From assembly GCF_054888755.1 (NCBI RefSeq), contig NZ_CM142673.1: a stretch of DNA of 32,000 nucleotides; one strand, written 5' to 3'. The position numbers and the translations under genes were made by a program. The notes beneath the pieces were generated by a model. The model had not been told where the DNA came from. It saw only the letters and a list, made by a program, of their open reading frames with translations, and did not search any database. This document shows positions 14,701-24,769 of this stretch, one piece after another; position 1 is the first letter of the stretch, and the number at the start of each line of letters is the position of its first letter.

Positions 14701-15626
14701 GTATTCGCATAATCCCGCAAGATGAGCTGGGTTCGAGCGAGAAACGTACGGCGGATATGATTCCGCCGTTATTGTTCCCTCGGCTCAAGAATTTATACAA
14801 CCGCCGCGCCGAGCGTCTGCGCGAGCTGGCAGAAAATAATCCGCTGGGTGATTACCTGCGCTTTGCTGCGCTTATCGCCCACGCCCAGGAAGTGGTGCTG
14901 TACGACCATCCGCTGGAGATGGATCTGACTGCACGCATTAAAGAAGCCAGCGCACAGGGCAAGCCCCCGCTGGATATTCACGTTCTGCCGCGTGATAAGC
15001 ACTGGCAAAAGCTGCTGATGGCGCTGATTGCTGAGCTGAAACCTGAAATGAGCGGCCCGGCGCTGGCAGTGATTGAGAATCTGGAGAAGGCATCGACCCA
15101 GGAGCTGGAAGATATGGCCAGCGCACTGTTTGCCTCTGATTTCTCGTCCGTCAGCAGTGATAAAGCGCCGTTTATCTGGGCTGCACTGTCGCTCTACTGG
15201 GCGCAGATGGCCAATCTGATCCCCGGCAAAGCCCGCGCTGAATATGGCGAACAACGTCAATATTGCCCGGTTTGTGGTTCTATGCCGGTGTCCAGCATGG
15301 TGCAAATTGGCACCACTCAGGGTCTGCGTTACCTGCACTGCAACCTGTGTGAAACTGAATGGCACGTAGTGCGCGTAAAATGCAGCAACTGTGAACAGAG
15401 CGGCAAACTGCATTACTGGTCGCTGGATGACGAACAGGCCGCGATTAAAGCCGAAAGCTGTGATGACTGTGGCACTTACCTGAAGATTCTTTATCAGGAA
15501 AAAGAACCGAAAGTTGAAGCCGTGGCAGATGACCTCGCCTCTCTGGTACTGGACGCGCGAATGGAGCAAGAGGGCTACGCCCGCAGTTCCATCAACCCGT
15601 TCCTGTTCCCTGGTGAAGGGGAGTAA
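14697..15626 (+). CDS. fdhE: Formate dehydrogenase formation protein FdhE (309 aa)
   Basis: Two CPVCGS/CxxC zinc-type motifs, [27 protein letters not shown]. Confidence 0.96.
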   Translation: MSIRIIPQDELGSSEKRTADMIPPLLFPRLKNLYNRRAERLRELAENNPLGDYLRFAALIAHAQEVVLYDHPLEMDLTARIKEASAQGKPPLDIHVLPRDKHWQKLLMALIAELKPEMSGPALAVIENLEKASTQELEDMASALFASDFSSVSSDKAPFIWAALSLYWAQMANLIPGKARAEYGEQRQYCPVCGSMPVSSMVQIGTTQGLRYLHCNLCETEWHVVRVKCSNCEQSGKLHYWSLDDEQAAIKAESCDDCGTYLKILYQEKEPKVEAVADDLASLVLDARMEQEGYARSSINPFLFPGEGE

Positions 15627-15639
15627 TCTCTGACGTTTT

Positions 15640-15665
15640 CCGGGTGGCGCAGGTCGCCCGGATTA
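15640..15665. repeat. REP-like or terminator-like palindrome downstream of fdhE
   Basis: TCCGGGTGGCGCAGGTCGCCCGGA imperfect palindrome. Confidence 0.45.
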
Positions 15666-15715
15666 CAATTGATAGGGTATGACGACACCCGCTATTCCCG
15701 CAAAATCTCTCGTAT

Positions 15716-16195
15716 TTTGCGAGGCGTTTTCCAGATATGATGTAACAGTTGCAGTTATTATAAGTTCAAGTAAAACAGCCTTGTATTAATACCAGAATAA
15801 GGGCATCTGTTTTTTTATATTCAAGAATGAAAAATTTTTGTCATTCCTTATGCTCCTTACACTGATCATCAACACCAACTACCTCCCCCTTTTGCCTGCC
15901 TCCCTTTGCTTTACGCACCGGGAATTGCTGACGTTCCAGATATTGCTCTACCGCTTCGCGTAAAATTGCAGATCGTGAAACCTTACGCCAGCCCCTAAGC
16001 TTGTTCAGCCGTTTAATTGCCTCTTCTGATAAATGAAGAAAAACCGTATTCATCGCCATTACCAATACCTTACATATATTACTCATTAATGTATGTGCGA
16101 AAATTACGCCGAAAAATCATTTAAAAAAAGCGGATTTTTGCATGCTGTTTTGTTTTTGCGAGACGTTTTCCAGAAATAATAAGAACGTTGCAGTT
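15716..16195. repeat. Pair of imperfect 41-bp direct repeats (15716..15756 and 16155..16195) flanking the small RHH gene
   Basis: TTTGCGAGGCGTTTTCCAGATATGATGTAACAGTTGCAGTT vs TTTGCGAGACGTTTTCCAGAAATAATAAGAACGTTGCAGTT; 33/41 identical by eye, same orientation. Confidence 0.7.
15841..16059 (-). CDS. Small ribbon-helix-helix (CopG-like) protein, 72 aa, YiiE/YiiF of K-12
   Basis: MAMNTVFLHLSEEAIKRLNKLRGWRKVSRSAILREAVEQYLERQQF within ORF 15841..16086; RHH pattern. I cannot say from memory which of yiiE/yiiF it is. Confidence 0.75.
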   Translation of the reverse strand: MAMNTVFLHLSEEAIKRLNKLRGWRKVSRSAILREAVEQYLERQQFPVRKAKGGRQKGEVVGVDDQCKEHKE

Positions 16196-16753
16196 GTTTC
16201 ATTTGTTAATCAAAAATGGTTTGGTTATCGCCCAGGATGAGATATGGGTGCTATAAATATATTATATTCAGGGATATTTATTTTTTGATTGGGTCTTCAT
16301 TTGCATAATCTGAATGGTGTACCCGAAAAACGTCAGCATCCTAACAGCACCAGGATTTAAGGTGAAATTTAACATCCATCACAGACCGTTCAATGCTGCC
16401 ACCAACCGGTCTTTACTTGCTCGTCGTTATAATTTTGTGGGTAACAGTTCGGGAAACAAGGAATTCCTTCCGGAACACCCCGGTATCATCCGATAGCATT
16501 GACGTCAATCATCAGCGCGACGGTGAGTTTTTTTAATCGCATCATAGGATGGTAACGTTAAGCACGATTACGGGTCATAGTAAAACTCCTGAGCAGGCGG
16601 CACTATGCCGCTTTCACAGGAGTTCTGAATGCTAGTGCTTTCTGTATGGCTTCGCTATGCCCCTCGCGGCTAAGCGCCTGCACACATCTCTCTTTGAATG
16701 TCATTTTTGCAATGCATTGTCCGAATTCTGATAATCCTAATGAGTTTTACCCG

Positions 16754-18568
16754 TCAGACTCCCATCCCTACGGTATACGAGCTAGATTCATGAATGAAAT
16801 CGACATTTTTAAAAAACGAATCTTGTAAAACATCCGTGTTGATATTACCTTGCAATCCAACATTAAATTTGTTAGAGAGATGAAGAACTCGAATATCAAA
16901 AAGGTCTTTTAACATCATTAATTCTTTGGCTGTTAATGAATCGCAACTAAAATATCCCTGTTGATCAAAAAGCTTTTCTATTTCTCTACCATCGGCGAGG
17001 CGTTTTTCAAGGAGTGTTTGCAACATCGAGTTACCAAGGACAATGGATATCGTGCGATCTTTCGCAGATTTACACCCCATCACAACGGCAACATTCGTAT
17101 CCCCCTCAGGAGTTTCATTTATCGCCGTCGCTAAAATGGTGGTCAAACACGCAAACGGAACTGTATTTCTTTCGTGATTTAATTTATCTACCAGCTCATT
17201 CCATTTATCAAAAGCCGGGCGATATTTGTTGCGCACAGAAGCATCCAACTGGGTAAACAATTGAGCCATGCGATTTTTTATCATCTCGATATCCGGAGAA
17301 CCAGAAAGACTTTGTGCATAATACGGTCCTGATGATGTTGCATACATTAAAGCCGATCCCACGCCTGTCGCCATGATGGGCGCAGCCACGGTTTTGGCAA
17401 GGGCGACGCTGCGATGGCTATGCGCTTCACAGGCTAAAGGAACATATTCCACTGACTGCGGTAATTCCTCACATGCCTCCCTCATCATTGCGGTATGCTT
17501 TACAAACAACGGTTTTTCACTGCCCAAAAAAACTTTCTGCTTAATTGCACTAAGAAAACGTAAATCAAAAATGATTGTTTTTGGTTTATTATTTTTTGGC
17601 ACATTTCCTATTATCCCGCTAAGAACCTTCCTTGCTGCATGGAGATTTTTTTGCACAGCACATAACACAATTGACGAAGCCTTCTCTACTTCGTTATTGA
17701 TTTTAATTTTAAAATCTGCATGATATACGTTGACGGGCAATGCAAGTATATCTTCCCCTACATCTTTGGCTGAGTATTTATTTGTGATCGACGGTCGTGA
17801 ATCCACGAGAAAACTTAGCTGCAAATTATGCTCTATATTACCAGCTGTTTTTGTAGTGTGATTAAACATAGAGATGCCACCTCTCATTCTTTCACACATA
17901 TCCTCAACTTTTTCACTTCGTTCTTGAGGCAATTTGGCTTTAACGTTAATTTGATGATTTTTACCCGTGCATTCCTTAACTACAAGAGGAATGTTATCTA
18001 AAGTGCCATACAGGCTAATAACGTCACCAGGATTTTTATCATGTAAGTAAGTTTGATTAATATTCGAAGCATTCACAAAGAGGTCAATATTATAACTGTT
18101 TATAACTTCACCTACATCAAATGTGTAGTGCTTACTCTGGAGACTGCCATCCTTATTTAATTGTATATCAATCAAGATATCCCCGGACTTTGTCACCATA
18201 TCTTTGCCATAAACCATTTGCATAGCCATTTCGAGGAGATTTTTATCTAACTGATTGCGGGCGTTGAGTAAGCGACTACCAAATAATTTATATACTGTTC
18301 CCGTCATTGCCAGCGCTGCACTTTCTGGTACTTTGCGTTTCCACAGTGAGGTTTCTTTATTTTTAAATAGGTCATATTTATTATTACTCGACAACCCGAG
18401 TTTAAGTTCGTTAACACAATCGCACAGTTGCTCCTCACCTTCCATTTTAAGGCGATGTGAAAAATTATTTAATAGCGTTTGCTTCGGTGATTCATTACTC
18501 ATTAGTTGTTTTTCTAAATTAACAACAGAATAACTTACTTGTTTAATGAGATTAATATTGTCAACCAT
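16754..18568 (-). CDS. Putative type III effector-like inositol phosphate phosphatase (SopB/IpgD-like CX5R), 604 aa
   Basis: Start chosen at ATG 18568 because AAGGAGG lies just upstream (18574..18580). C-terminal VAVVMGCKSAKDRTISIVLGNSMLQTLLEKRL resembles the SopB/IpgD active site CKSGKDRTG; AT-rich gene in a GC-richer backbone. No signal peptide; predicted largely soluble. Confidence 0.6.
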   Translation of the reverse strand: MVDNINLIKQVSYSVVNLEKQLMSNESPKQTLLNNFSHRLKMEGEEQLCDCVNELKLGLSSNNKYDLFKNKETSLWKRKVPESAALAMTGTVYKLFGSRLLNARNQLDKNLLEMAMQMVYGKDMVTKSGDILIDIQLNKDGSLQSKHYTFDVGEVINSYNIDLFVNASNINQTYLHDKNPGDVISLYGTLDNIPLVVKECTGKNHQINVKAKLPQERSEKVEDMCERMRGGISMFNHTTKTAGNIEHNLQLSFLVDSRPSITNKYSAKDVGEDILALPVNVYHADFKIKINNEVEKASSIVLCAVQKNLHAARKVLSGIIGNVPKNNKPKTIIFDLRFLSAIKQKVFLGSEKPLFVKHTAMMREACEELPQSVEYVPLACEAHSHRSVALAKTVAAPIMATGVGSALMYATSSGPYYAQSLSGSPDIEMIKNRMAQLFTQLDASVRNKYRPAFDKWNELVDKLNHERNTVPFACLTTILATAINETPEGDTNVAVVMGCKSAKDRTISIVLGNSMLQTLLEKRLADGREIEKLFDQQGYFSCDSLTAKELMMLKDLFDIRVLHLSNKFNVGLQGNINTDVLQDSFFKNVDFIHESSSYTVGMGV

Positions 18569-18982
18569 TACAGCCTCCTTCCCACGGTTTAAGAGCAAAC
18601 ATGCTACATAATTATTTATAACATCCAGAGCAGTAAATGAATGATACTGACAATGATGCCAGTCCATTATCTTTGCATAATGTTTGTTAGCTATAGATTT
18701 TAAAAATATTTATGAGAAAAGTATGGCACCAGAGGGGGTTTTGACTATCAAAAATCGCTCAAACCTGAACTAAGATGATGAATTAAGCATTATCAGCGAT
18801 AATTGCCACTCAGCTCTACAAATAATATTTAAATGCTCCTGAACAGTGATGTAGCAAGACACGTATGGTGCCAACGAAGAATAAAAATTTATAGAGTTCT
18901 TATTCAATATAACCGGAATAGTCAGAGACTGATGTAAATGACCTGAAAGAATGAGAGAGGCAGCACCGCCCCTCTCCATCAG

Positions 18983-19972
18983 CTACTCTTCTTCGTTACC
19001 GCCCTCTTCATACGGGCCAAATGGCTTCGCGGGCAGAACGATATACGTGCCTTCAAACACTGCACCCGGCGTCTCGTCGCCAAAGATTTCGACCTGCATT
19101 TGTACCCGCGCTTTGCGCCCGCGCGCCAGACGGTCGAGATCGCCGCTTAAGGCACCGAGGTCGGCTACCGCATGAGGTTTACCGCTAATCGGCTTGCTGT
19201 AGCGAATATGCGCATCCGCCAGAATAATCGTTCCGCCCAGATGGCGTTCACGCAGCATCAGCCAGATAAGCCCCCAACCGGTGAGCGTTGCCAGTGAGAA
19301 TAAACTCCCGGCAAACAGCGTATGGTGCGGATTCTGATTGCCGGTTTCCGGCATGGTGGTGATAAATTTTTGCCCGGTATATTGCTGAATGCGCACGCCC
19401 ATTTTTTCGCTTAGCGGGATATGTTCGTACCACGCCTGCTGAAGCTGGGCGCACCAGTCGCCGCGATGCAAAATATCATCCAGAGTGGCGACAGGTTTAA
19501 TCATCAAAAAATGGCGAATCGGCGTGGTGGTTGGCGTGGTGATTTCTCCCTGATTAACAAACCCCAGCTTGGCGAAAAACTCCACCGCGTCTTCGCGGGC
19601 GCTACAGGTCACGCGCTTAACACCTTCCTGACGCGCCACAGATTCGAGGGTCATCGCCATCAGCGTTCCTAACCCTTTGTCCTGCACGTCGGGATGAACG
19701 GCCATAAAGCGAATGGACGCTTCATTGTCGGCATTAATATACAGTCGGCCTACCGCCACCAGATTACCCTGCTCGTCGACGACCATCTGGTGATGCGCCA
19801 TCGCATCCCACGCGTCGCGTTCCGAACCTTTCGGTTGATGCAGGGGCTTACGCAACATTTCCCAGCGAAACTGATAGTAACGCTCTAATTCTTCTTCTGT
19901 TTGTGGAACCCGAAGGTGGTACATAGCGATACTCTCTCTTGTTTCCCGTGACAACCCTGGAAGCTGGCTCAT
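18983..19972 (-). CDS. yiiD: GNAT acetyltransferase plus thioesterase-like two-domain protein YiiD (329 aa)
   Basis: [50 protein letters not shown] motif [14 protein letters not shown]. Confidence 0.94.
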
Positions 19973-20406
19973 ACCTGCAACCAGAATGTCACGGGGCCAT
20001 CATTGACCAGCGATACCTGCATATCCGCAGCGAAGCGTCCTGTTTGCGTGTTCATCTCTTGCTGACGGCAGCGTTCGACGAAATAGTCATATAACGCCTC
20101 TGCGCGATCCGGTGATGCACCTTTGGAGAAACTTGGACGCATCCCCCGTTCGGTATCTGCGGCGAGGGTAAACTGGGAAACCACCAGCACACTGCCGCCC
20201 GCCTGTTGCACGTTGAGGTTCATCTTGCCTTCGGCATCGCTAAAGATGCGATAGCCGAGCACACGCTCGCACAGACGGTTTGCTTTCTGTTCGTCGTCAT
20301 CCTTTTCGACACCCAATAACACCAAAAGTCCCGCGCCAATTTCGCCCGTCACTTCTCCCTCCACGGTGACGCTGGCACGGGTTACGCGTTGAATTAATGC
20401 AATCAT
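19969..20406 (-). CDS. dtd: D-aminoacyl-tRNA deacylase (145 aa)
   Basis: [37 protein letters not shown]; SQFTL and NxGPVT motifs. Confidence 0.97.
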
Positions 20407-21275
20407 GGTTCGTCGTCTTCTTCTTGTTCAGCTGCTTGTTTTAGTTTGCGGTATTCCCCGAGAGTGACAGTAATTTCCGCGCCAAGCAAGACGATACACC
20501 ATGTCCAGTAGACCCAAACAAAGAGAATGGGGATCACCGCCAGCACGCCGTAAATGAGCTGATATGACGGGAACATGGTGATATAAAGCGCGAAACCTTT
20601 CTTTCCTGCTTCGAACAGGAGTGCGGCGACAAACGCGCCGACAATCGCGTCGCGATTAGGTACGCGGATAGTAGGAACAATGCTGTACAGCAACCAGAAG
20701 GAGATCCACGACAACAGCAGCGGAAAAATACGCAGCACGTTGTCGATGACAGTATTGAGATCGCTCGCCCAGCGCAGGGAGAGCAAATAGGAACTGATCG
20801 CCAGACTGGCCCCTGCCAGCAGCGGCCCCAGCGTTAAAATCATCCAGTACACGGCAAACGAGTAAATTTTTGGTCGCGCTCGTTTACTGCGCCAGATGGT
20901 ATTCAACGCGCTATCGATGGAGTACATCAACAATAACGCGGTGACGATCAGCCCGCACGCCCCAACGGCGGTCATCTTGTTGGAATTGGCAACAAATTGT
21001 TCGATATACCGCTGAATAACATCGCCAGTAGCAGGCAGAAAGTTGGCAAAAATAAAGTGACGCAACTGAATGCTGACGTCGGAAAACATGGGAAAAGCGG
21101 CGAAAAGCGCAAAAACAACGGCAACAAGCGGCACTAATGAGAGCAACGACACATAGGCAAGGTTACCTGCCAGGGTTGTCATGTTGTCCTCATCAATGCG
21201 TTGCCAGAGTAGTTTTAGCCAGGCCCATAGTGGACGGGTACGGTGCCTGGCTTTGTCCTGAATGGTTTTTAGCAT
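20403..21275 (-). CDS. yihY: YihY/virulence factor BrkB family inner-membrane protein (290 aa)
   Basis: [50 protein letters not shown], multi-TM. Confidence 0.95.
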
Positions 21276-21868
21276 AACACCTTCGCGAAATAGTCCGGGA
21301 TGGTGGTTTTATCTTTCACCAGAATACTGGTAATGCCTAGCTGATTCGCTCCTTCTATATTATCGGCGTTATCGTCGAAAAAGACCGTATCGTCTGGTGA
21401 AAAACCTTCTGCCTGCAAAACATGCTGATAAATTCGTGCTTCAGGTTTGCGCATCCCCAGATCTTGCGACAGATAGATATGGTCAGCAGCATCACGGATT
21501 TCCGGGTATTCCTCCGGCCAGAAGGTAGTATGCAGGCGGTTAGTATTGGAAAGCACCACCACGCGATGCCCCTGCTCACGCAGTTTATGCATGATGGCGA
21601 TCACTTCCGGGCGCAGCGCAACAAACACCGCCTGCCAGCCGTGAGAGAACTGCTCGTAGCTTAGCGGTAGAGCCATCTCATGACACAGCGCCTCTGCGAA
21701 CGCTTCGTCGCTAATTTCCCCACGCTCATGCTGATGAAACGCCTCGCCCATGTGGAAACTCTTCTTAAGCGTAGCCAGTGGAACACGCGTTAAATCGCTC
21801 CAGGCACCCAGCACACGGTTAAAGTCGATATCGACAATCACATTACCTAAATCAAAGATATAGAGCAT
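21269..21868 (-). CDS. yihX: HAD-superfamily alpha-D-glucose-1-phosphate phosphatase YihX (199 aa)
   Basis: [26 protein letters not shown] with HAD motifs; ORF 21269..21889 has a 7-aa upstream extension. Confidence 0.95.
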
Positions 21869-21966
21869 TTTTGCCTCCTTTCGCGCCACAAGAAATTAAC
21901 TGTAGCGGGAAAGGATAGGTTTGGCTATGTGGTCAGGTATGAAGCAAGGTCAACGGTCACAAAATT

Positions 21967-22752
21967 CTACGCGTCTTCCTGGGGAAGGATGATTTCAATT
22001 TGGCTGTCTTGTAAGCGTGATTTTAGCGCAGCGGGCGGCAGCTCGTCGGTAAAGAGCGCAGTGACCTGTGCCACGTTACCAATTTCAACCGCCGCCGAAG
22101 CATGATACTTAGTGTGATCGGCGACCAGCAGAATATTTCTCGCGTGCGCCATCATCGTTTTCACCACGTTAGCTTCGTTTACATCAAACTCCATCAACGC
22201 GCCATCGCTCTCAATCGCCCCAACGCTTGTTACCAGATAATCAGCACGAAAATCAGCCACAAAGGACGCCGCTGAAGGGCCAATGATCCCGCTATTATGA
22301 GAGCGCAACGTACCGCCGGGCACCATCACTTCAAAGCGCGGGTTGTGGTAAAGAATATGCGCCACACGCAGGCTGTTGGTGATTATCCGCAAATGATTGT
22401 GGTTAAGTAACGCCCGGGCGACATGTTCAACGGTCGTACCAATGGTGATAAATATTGTTGAACCATCAGGAATATAGTCTGCCACCGCTTCGGCAATCGC
22501 TTTTTTCTCTTCAGTTTGCGAAACCTCACGCTGCTCAAACGCCGTATTAACGACGCTGGAGGCCCGACCCGCGCCACCGTGATGGCGCGTGATCAGCCCT
22601 TGCTCGCTTAATTTACGAATATCCCGGCGGACCGTCTGCGTGGAGACATCCAGCAGATTTGCCAGCTCATCAATATTCATATACCCACGCTCGGCGATCA
22701 GCATGAGGAGTTGGTCGTGCCGCGGGTTACCGGTTAGTTCGGTAAGGCTCAT
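21967..22752 (-). CDS. yihW: DeoR-family repressor of sulfoquinovose catabolism YihW/CsqR (261 aa)
   Basis: MSLTELTGNPRHDQLLMLIAERGYMNIDELANLLDVSTQTVRRDIRKLSEQGLI, DeoR HTH. Confidence 0.95.
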   Translation of the reverse strand: MSLTELTGNPRHDQLLMLIAERGYMNIDELANLLDVSTQTVRRDIRKLSEQGLITRHHGGAGRASSVVNTAFEQREVSQTEEKKAIAEAVADYIPDGSTIFITIGTTVEHVARALLNHNHLRIITNSLRVAHILYHNPRFEVMVPGGTLRSHNSGIIGPSAASFVADFRADYLVTSVGAIESDGALMEFDVNEANVVKTMMAHARNILLVADHTKYHASAAVEIGNVAQVTALFTDELPPAALKSRLQDSQIEIILPQEDA

Positions 22753-22785
22753 GAAAATTCCTCGAAAAACCATCACCCTGGCATT

Positions 22786-23682
22786 TTATACAAAAAGTGA
22801 CAAAAAAGATCGGGTTTGATCACAGTCAGGGATCCCGGCTCGTCCACCGGGACGCGTGCATTTCAACGCCGCTACACCGCTGGCGAAGCGGACTGACTCC
22901 GCTAAATCCCCATCTGTTGCCAGCGCCACCGCCAATGCGCCGTGAAAAACATCACCCGCACCGGTGGTATCTACCACATCAACTTTGAAGGCCGGTTGAT
23001 GTTGACGTCCGCCATTTTCCAGCCAGTCACAGCCGGCACTCCCCTGGGTCACATAGACATGACCATTTGTGAGCGTTTGTGCCTGTTTTAGCGCACTGGC
23101 CATCTCTTTCACGCCCGTTAAGCGCGCCAGACCCGGTTCTGAAAAGGCCGCGTGATCGCTTAATGCCACCAGCTCGCTGATATCCTGCGGCGTAATGTCC
23201 CCGTCCAGAACAGTCATCACGCCCGCCTGCCGGGCCAGAGTGAAGGCTTTTTTAGCACCGTCGTGCCAGCGTACATCTGCCAGCACAACATCCCACTGAG
23301 AGAAATCAATTTCCTCCAACCACTCTGCGTCAGGCAGCAGATCCGGGCTGGGGTAGTTAATGATTATCCGCTCGCCTTTGGCATCCACCATGATGGCGGA
23401 TTGCGAAGATTTCGCCTGGTTATACCGTTTGGTGTAACGGGTGTTAACGCCCCAGGATTCCAGCTCTGCCAGCAGGCTGTTGCCCGTGTCGTCATCACCT
23501 ACGCGACCAATAAAATCAACCTGCGCCCCCAGCCTTGCCGCCGCAACCGCTGCCGTCGCCGCTGGCCCGCCACCAACTTCCGTATAATTTCTCGCCACGT
23601 ATTTACCGCTCTCCGTCGGTAATCCTTCCACGTAATAAATACGATCCATCACGGTAATACCTACACAAGCAACACGAATCAT
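22786..23682 (-). CDS. yihV: 6-deoxy-6-sulfofructose kinase YihV (298 aa)
   Basis: PfkB-family kinase, GGGPAATAAVAAARLG and DTTGAGDVFHGA motifs. Confidence 0.96.
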   Translation of the reverse strand: MIRVACVGITVMDRIYYVEGLPTESGKYVARNYTEVGGGPAATAAVAAARLGAQVDFIGRVGDDDTGNSLLAELESWGVNTRYTKRYNQAKSSQSAIMVDAKGERIIINYPSPDLLPDAEWLEEIDFSQWDVVLADVRWHDGAKKAFTLARQAGVMTVLDGDITPQDISELVALSDHAAFSEPGLARLTGVKEMASALKQAQTLTNGHVYVTQGSAGCDWLENGGRQHQPAFKVDVVDTTGAGDVFHGALAVALATDGDLAESVRFASGVAALKCTRPGGRAGIPDCDQTRSFLSLFV

Positions 23683-23849
23683 GGTCATTCCTTAAGCATT
23701 TTGGGATGCGTTCATTTTAATTTCACCAATTGTTTAAAAAGTGACGGCTGTCAATTTTTTGACGATAAATTACAAATACGATCAAAAACAGACAAGCAAA
23801 GCATGTCATAAATGACAAAAAGTGACATCACTGTATTCAGGAGAGGGTT

Positions 23850-24746
23850 ATGGCAGCAATCGCGTTTATCGGTTTAGGACAAATGGGTTCGCCAATGGCG
23901 AGCAATTTATTGCAGCAAGGGCATCAACTTCGCGTCTTTGATGTGAACGCCGAAGCTGTGCGGCATCTGGTAGACAAAGGTGCGACTCCCGCCGCCAACC
24001 CGGCGCAGGCCGCTAAAGATGCCGAATTTATCATTACCATGTTGCCGAATGGCGATCTGGTGCGCAGCGTGTTGTTCGGTGAAAACGGCGTTTGCGAAAG
24101 CTTATCTACCGATGCGCTGGTCATCGATATGTCGACCATCCACCCGCTGCAAACCGATAAATTGATTGCCGATATGCAAGCCAAAGGCTTCAGCATGATG
24201 GATGTTCCGGTAGGCCGTACTTCTGCAAATGCCATTACCGGTACTCTGTTACTGCTGGCTGGCGGCACCGCTGAACAAGTTGAACGCGCCACACCGATCC
24301 TGATGGCGATGGGCAGTGAGTTGATCAACGCGGGCGGTCCGGGCATGGGGATCCGCGTTAAGCTCATCAACAACTACATGAGCATCGCGCTCAATGCGCT
24401 TTCGGCAGAAGCCGCTGTTTTGTGCGAAGCCCTGAATCTTCCCTTCGATGTTGCCGTCAAGGTGATGAGCGGCACCGCCGCCGGTAAAGGCCACTTCACC
24501 ACTTCCTGGCCAAACAAAGTCCTCAGCGGGGATCTTTCTCCCGCCTTCATGATCGATCTTGCCCATAAGGATCTTGGTATCGCCCTTGATGTCGCCAACC
24601 AGCTGCATGTGCCAATGCCGCTGGGGGCCGCCTCACGGGAGGTTTATAGCCAGGCGCGCGCAGCGGGTCGCGGTCGCCAGGACTGGTCCGCCATTCTGGA
24701 ACAGGTCCGTGTCAGTGCCGGGATGACTGCCAAAGTAAAAATGTAA
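23850..24746 (+). CDS. yihU: 3-sulfolactaldehyde reductase YihU (298 aa)
   Basis: Beta-hydroxyacid dehydrogenase family, [23 protein letters not shown]. Confidence 0.96.
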   Translation: MAAIAFIGLGQMGSPMASNLLQQGHQLRVFDVNAEAVRHLVDKGATPAANPAQAAKDAEFIITMLPNGDLVRSVLFGENGVCESLSTDALVIDMSTIHPLQTDKLIADMQAKGFSMMDVPVGRTSANAITGTLLLLAGGTAEQVERATPILMAMGSELINAGGPGMGIRVKLINNYMSIALNALSAEAAVLCEALNLPFDVAVKVMSGTAAGKGHFTTSWPNKVLSGDLSPAFMIDLAHKDLGIALDVANQLHVPMPLGAASREVYSQARAAGRGRQDWSAILEQVRVSAGMTAKVKM

Positions 24747-24769
24747 CGACTGGATAAAGGAATAAATGA

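Noticed and set aside
14793-15569. 258-aa minus-strand ORF opposite fdhE
   Set aside because: Antisense shadow of fdhE.
16314-16496. 60-aa plus-strand ORF in the AT-rich islet
   Set aside because: No homology recognised, no clear SD, and not co-oriented with the neighbouring islet gene.
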